64,000 bases of DNA from Candidatus Micrarchaeia archaeon. GTDB lineage: Bacteria > Chloroflexota > Dormibacteria > Aeolococcales > Bog-877. A program made the translations under genes and the position numbers. The notes beneath the pieces were generated by a model. The model saw only the letters and a list, made by a program, of their open reading frames with translations, did no database searches and had not been told where the DNA came from. The stretch lies in NCBI GenBank assembly GCA_035533215.1, contig DATLUG010000010.1, forward strand, positions 44,633 to 108,632. The letters are read 5' to 3'. Positions 60,188-64,000 of this stretch are shown here, piece after piece (the stretch's first letter is position 1; each line of letters starts with the position of its first letter).

Positions 60188-61477
60188 TCAGGCCTGGGAC
60201 CAGACCCGCTTCATGAGGATGCGGGCAAGCTTCTCGGGGTCGTGGTGGGAGCTGAGCCGGCTGCTGACGACGTCGGCGAGGATGAAATGGGTCTGATGCC
60301 CCCGCGCCTGCACCGCCCGCAGGTCGCAGGTGACGCGATGCACACCCGCCTCCTGCGCCGCCGGCGGGAGCGGGACGCCGAGGTTGCTGTTGGCGACGAC
60401 GTAGTCGAAGAGGTTGGAGCCGACGTGGCGCTCCAACACCTCCAGGTGGTCGTGGAGCTGGAAGTCGGTGGTCTCCCCGGGCTGGGTGGCGACGTTGCAG
60501 ATGTAGACCTTGAGCGCGGGGGACCGGAGCAGAGCCTCCACCATCCCGTCGACGAGGAGGTTGGGGAGGATGGAGGTGAACAGGCTGCCGGGGCCGATCA
60601 CCACCATCTCCGCGTTCATGATGGCGAGCTCGGCCTCGGGGTTGAGCGGCGGGTGCTCGGGGACCAGGAAGACGTGGCCGATCGGCCCCCTGGCGGTGGG
60701 CACGCGCGACTCCCCCACCAGCACCTCCTCCCCCGCCACCGCGCACAGGGTGACGCTCTGGAGGGTGGTGGGGACGATCTGGCCGCGGACCGCCAGGACC
60801 CGTCCCGACTCCCGCAGCGCGCGCTCGAAATCGCCGGTGATCGCGGTCATCGCCATGATGAAGAGGTTGCCGAACGAGTGCCCCCGCAGCGAGCCCTCCT
60901 GGAAGCGGTACTGGAAGAGGTCCGACATCAGCGGCTCGACGTCGGCGAGGGCCGTGAGGCATTGGCGGAAGTCGCCCGGCGGCAGCACCTGGTACTCTTC
61001 CCGGAGCCGTCCGGAGCTGCCGCCGTCGTCGGCGACCGTCACCAGCGCGGTGACGTTGCCGGTGTGCCGCTTGATCCCCCGGAGCAGGGTGGACAGGCCG
61101 GTCCCGCCGCCGATCGCCACCACCCGCGGGCCCTTGCCCAGCCGGCGGAAGTCATACAGACGTTCGACCAGCCGCTTGTCGCCACCCGGCACGAAGGGGC
61201 TGAGCAGCGACTGGCCCAGCTTCACCATCCCCCAGACCATCGCGCCCACCCCCACCACCGCGAAGATCAGCGCACGGAGCAACCGCGGCATGAACTGGAG
61301 GGTGAGCCAGAAGGTGAAGCCCGGCAGGCGGGCGTGGAGGTAGAACTCGCGCAGGGCGTAGCTCACGCCCAGGCTCACGGCGACGACCCCGAAGATGGTG
61401 AGCGCCAGCCAGCGTTTGACGTGGAGCCCGGGAACCAGCCAGCGGGTGGCGCTCGGACGGAGTCGCGGGGCGCGCAT
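60188..61477 (-). CDS. yvcK: YvcK/CuvA-family (gluconeogenesis factor, UDP-sugar-binding) protein with an N-terminal membrane extension
   Basis: Motifs are VVAIGGGTGLSTLLRGIK, VADDGGSSGRLR and IGPGSLFTSILPNL. Only the last 429 codons of the listed 1239-aa ORF are used. Confidence 0.9.
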   Translation of the reverse strand: MRAPRLRPSATRWLVPGLHVKRWLALTIFGVVAVSLGVSYALREFYLHARLPGFTFWLTLQFMPRLLRALIFAVVGVGAMVWGMVKLGQSLLSPFVPGGDKRLVERLYDFRRLGKGPRVVAIGGGTGLSTLLRGIKRHTGNVTALVTVADDGGSSGRLREEYQVLPPGDFRQCLTALADVEPLMSDLFQYRFQEGSLRGHSFGNLFIMAMTAITGDFERALRESGRVLAVRGQIVPTTLQSVTLCAVAGEEVLVGESRVPTARGPIGHVFLVPEHPPLNPEAELAIMNAEMVVIGPGSLFTSILPNLLVDGMVEALLRSPALKVYICNVATQPGETTDFQLHDHLEVLERHVGSNLFDYVVANSNLGVPLPPAAQEAGVHRVTCDLRAVQARGHQTHFILADVVSSRLSSHHDPEKLARILMKRVWSQA

Positions 61478-61557
61478 GAACGGGTCGATCGTAGCACCGG
61501 GGGCGGGAACGGACCGCCGCCGAGCCCGGGCCGCGGTGGGGCCGGCCGGGGCGCCGA

Positions 61558-61563
61558 TATACT
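61558..61563 (+). promoter_or_regulatory. Candidate -10 hexamer (TATACT) upstream of ilvE, giving a ~60-nt leader with a GGAGGGG SD
   Basis: This is the only AT-rich hexamer in the yvcK/ilvE divergent region. Confidence 0.35.
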
Positions 61564-61630
61564 CGACCCAGCGGGTCGACGGGCTGAGCGGTGGTGCGTC
61601 GGCGGGGCGGCCGATGTCGGAGGGGCACGG

Positions 61631-62602
61631 ATGGCGGTGGGACCGAGGGTGGCCGCGCCCGTCCGCTCCACCGCGGACTTCGTCCAGGCGGAGGCCGTCG
61701 TGCACTTCGACGGCGAGTTCCGCGCCTATGCCGAGTGCCGGCTGGGCCCGATGACCCACGCCCTCCATTACGGCACCGGCTGCTTCGAAGGGATAAGGGC
61801 CTACTGGAGCGGACGGGAGGGGCGCCTCCTGGTGTTCCGCGGGCGGGAGCACTACCGGCGCCTGCACCAGTCGGCGCGGATCCTCGGGATGGCGGTGCCG
61901 CTGTCGCCCGAGCAGCTGATGGCGCTGACGGTGGAGCTGCTCCAGCGCAACCGGTTCGAGACCGACGCCTATGTGAGGCCGCTGGTCTACAAGGCCGGTG
62001 AGGAGATCGGGGTGCGCCTCACCGGGGTGCGCGACGGCTTTCTGGTCTACGCCGCCCCCTTCGGTGACTATGTCGACATCCACCGCGGCCTGCGCTGCAT
62101 GGTCTCCAGCTGGCGACGGATCGACGACTGCATGGCCCCGGCGCGGGCGAAGATCACCGGCAGCTATGTCAACGCCGCCCTGGCCAAGAGCGAGGCCGTC
62201 GACAACGGCTTCGACGAGGCCATCATGCTGGGGGCAGACGGACACGTCAGCGAGGGCAGCGCCGAGAACCTCTTCCTGGTGCGCGCCGGCACCCTGGTGA
62301 CGCCCGCCGTCACCGACAACATCCTGGAGGGCATCACCCGGTCGACCCTCCTGCACCTGTGGAGCGAGGACCTGGGGCTGCCGGTGCAGGAGCGCTCGGT
62401 CGACCGCAGCGAGCTGTACACCGCCGACGAGGTCTTTCTCTGCGGCACCGGGGCCCAGGTGTCCCCGGTGGTGGAGATCGACCGCCGCCAGGTCGGCGAC
62501 GGCGGCGTGGGCGCGTACGCGACCCGGCTCCAGTCCCTCTACTTCGACGTGGTCCGCGGCGAGGTGGAGAAGTACCGGGAGTGGTGCACGCCGGTCGGCT
62601 GA
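61631..62602 (+). CDS. ilvE: Branched-chain amino acid aminotransferase (class IV)
   Basis: Motifs are HALHYGTGCFEGIRAY, AKITGSYVNAALAK, EGSAENLF and LEGITR. Confidence 0.93.
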   Translation: MAVGPRVAAPVRSTADFVQAEAVVHFDGEFRAYAECRLGPMTHALHYGTGCFEGIRAYWSGREGRLLVFRGREHYRRLHQSARILGMAVPLSPEQLMALTVELLQRNRFETDAYVRPLVYKAGEEIGVRLTGVRDGFLVYAAPFGDYVDIHRGLRCMVSSWRRIDDCMAPARAKITGSYVNAALAKSEAVDNGFDEAIMLGADGHVSEGSAENLFLVRAGTLVTPAVTDNILEGITRSTLLHLWSEDLGLPVQERSVDRSELYTADEVFLCGTGAQVSPVVEIDRRQVGDGGVGAYATRLQSLYFDVVRGEVEKYREWCTPVG

Positions 62603-63774
62603 CCCGCTGATCCGGGGTCGCCACCCGGGTCCCAGAGGCGGCAGACCCGGCTGGCGGCTCGACGCAGGTCGGCGCGCGTCCGCGAGAGCGCCGCATCGAG
62701 GTCCCGCGGGCCGTCGCCCAGGGTGAGGGCGGCGACCCCGAGCCGGGCCAGCCGCCGCTCGGCCCGGGGGTCCAGGCTCCCGGCCAGGACCGCGCACGGG
62801 ACCCCGAACTCCGCCGCCCGCTCCGCCACCAGCTGGGTCGCCTTGCCGCGGAGGCTCTGGCCGTCGAGCCGACCCTCGCCGGTGAGGACCCGATCGGCGC
62901 CCCGGAGCGCCCGGGTGAGGCCGATCGCCGCCGCCACCACCTCCGCCCCCGACTCCAGCCGCGCCCCCAGTCCGACGGCGAGGCCGAAGGCGGTGCCGCC
63001 GGCGGCGCCGGCGCCCGTGGTCAGCGGTCCCGGACCGGCCCGGCCCTCGCCGAGCACGGCCGCCCAAAGCTGGAGCCCGCGCTCCAGGCGGACGACCGCG
63101 GCGGGGTCGGCGCCCTTCTGCGGCGCGTAGACAAAGGCCGCCCCGCGCGCCCCCAGGAGGGGATTGCGGACATCGCAGGCGACGACGATGGGGAGTCGCC
63201 GCAGCCGCGGATCCAGCTCCGCGCGGTCGATCCGGGTAAGGCGGGGGAGGGCCCCGCCCCCCTCGCCCAGCGGCCGACCCCGCGCATCGAGGCAGCGCAG
63301 GCCGAGCGCCCGCAGGAGGCCGGCTCCCCCGTCGGTGCTGGCGCTGCCCCCGAGGCCGATCATCAGCCGCTCGGCCCCCCGGTCGAGGGCGATCCGGACC
63401 AGCTCGCCGGCCCCCCGGGTGGAGGCGCGCAGGCTGGTCTCCGGGGTGGGGCGTCCGACCAGGGCCAGGCCGCAGGCGGCGGCCAGCTCCACCACCGCGG
63501 TCGGCGGGCCCGGGCCCCCGAGCCAGCCGAGCGGCCCCCGATGGCGGCCGCCGAGCGGGCCCGAGACGGAGTGGTGCGAGATCCGTCCGCCGGTCGCGGC
63601 GACGGTGGCCGCGAGGAAGCCGTCGCCGCCGTCGGCCATCGGCAGGAGCACGGACCGGGCCCGGGGCCACGCGTCCGCCACGCCGCTGGCGATCGCCCGA
63701 GCCGCGGCCGAAGCCGGGCAGCTTCCCTTGAAGGCGTTGGGGGCGATGACGACCCGGGGCCGCGGCGGTGGCAT
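62539..63774 (-). CDS. Glycerate kinase
   Basis: Motifs are VIAPNAFKGS, MADGGDG and GGSASTDGGAG. The C-terminal ~35 aa overlap the ilvE 3' end and may be read-through. Confidence 0.87.
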   Translation of the reverse strand: MPPPRPRVVIAPNAFKGSCPASAAARAIASGVADAWPRARSVLLPMADGGDGFLAATVAATGGRISHHSVSGPLGGRHRGPLGWLGGPGPPTAVVELAAACGLALVGRPTPETSLRASTRGAGELVRIALDRGAERLMIGLGGSASTDGGAGLLRALGLRCLDARGRPLGEGGGALPRLTRIDRAELDPRLRRLPIVVACDVRNPLLGARGAAFVYAPQKGADPAAVVRLERGLQLWAAVLGEGRAGPGPLTTGAGAAGGTAFGLAVGLGARLESGAEVVAAAIGLTRALRGADRVLTGEGRLDGQSLRGKATQLVAERAAEFGVPCAVLAGSLDPRAERRLARLGVAALTLGDGPRDLDAALSRTRADLRRAASRVCRLWDPGGDPGSAGQPTGVHHSRYFSTSPRTTSK

Positions 63775-64000
63775 CCCGCGATCCTGACAGGCTGGCCGGC
63801 CCCTCCCGCCGCGGGGCCCCGGCTCCGCGGCCCCGCGGGGTGCGGATGCCGTGTACAGTTGGCGCGCCGCGGGCCCGCTCCATCGCCCCGCGGCCGTCAC
63901 CGGACACGCCAACGGTCCGACGAAGGTCTGCAGATGGCAGGCGAGCAGCGGAACCGCCCGAGGCGAGGGCGGCGCGGAGGGGCGGGGGGAGCGGGCGGCG

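Noticed and set aside
1-64000. A search for tRNA, rRNA, tmRNA and CRISPR arrays.
   Set aside because: I saw no GGTTCGAATCC-type T-arm context outside coding sequence, no rRNA-like conserved blocks and no regularly spaced direct repeats. I cannot exclude small structured RNAs without a covariance-model scan.
63934-64000. A possible start of a plus-strand gene at the window edge ([22 protein letters not shown]…), with a TACAGT hexamer at 63854-63859.
   Set aside because: Only 22 codons are visible and they are all low-complexity Arg/Gly. That is too little to call a feature.

Overview
This is a 64-kb, very GC-rich bacterial chromosomal segment (by eye >70% G+C, with third codon positions almost all G/C). 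The lineage cannot be fixed without a database search. PPOX/F420-class enzymes, frequent GTG starts and many leaderless-type promoters fit an Actinomycetota- or Chloroflexota-like organism (inference). I call about 57 protein-coding genes and 4 probable pseudogenes or gene remnants. I saw no rRNA, tRNA, CRISPR array or intact transposase. Genes are tightly packed, and at least 16 junctions use 4-nt NTGA start/stop overlaps.

The content is mostly housekeeping:
- hom-thrC-thrB-ask
- proS, nfo, a ROK kinase and a CCA-adding enzyme
- rplI-dnaB
- purA, ilvE, ychF, pdxH and a DEAD-box helicase

Items worth a second look:
1. A two-component system sits divergent from an operon encoding an alpha/beta hydrolase, a MurF-like ligase and an enlarged Ddl-type ATP-grasp ligase. 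In the MurF-like ligase a polytopic membrane domain replaces the N-terminal domain.
2. A tail-anchored protein gene lies directly upstream of a leaderless ArsA/Get3-type ATPase fused to an Hsp20 domain. A coupled small ORF, a site-2 protease and a NUDIX gene follow.
3. An Mre11/Rad50-like pair has a transmembrane hairpin where the Rad50 zinc hook would be.
4. Fused gamma-beta plus alpha urease genes have no accessory genes in the window. They are coupled to an amidohydrolase and an internally duplicated Asp-box propeller protein.
5. A roughly 3.8-kb, compositionally atypical island of gene decay (33.97-37.78 kb) holds a frameshifted amidohydrolase and a truncated transposition-helper ATPase.
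6. A split cytochrome b cassette stands alone, with no Rieske or cytochrome c partner nearby.

All functional calls rest on motifs read from the supplied translations. No searches were run.
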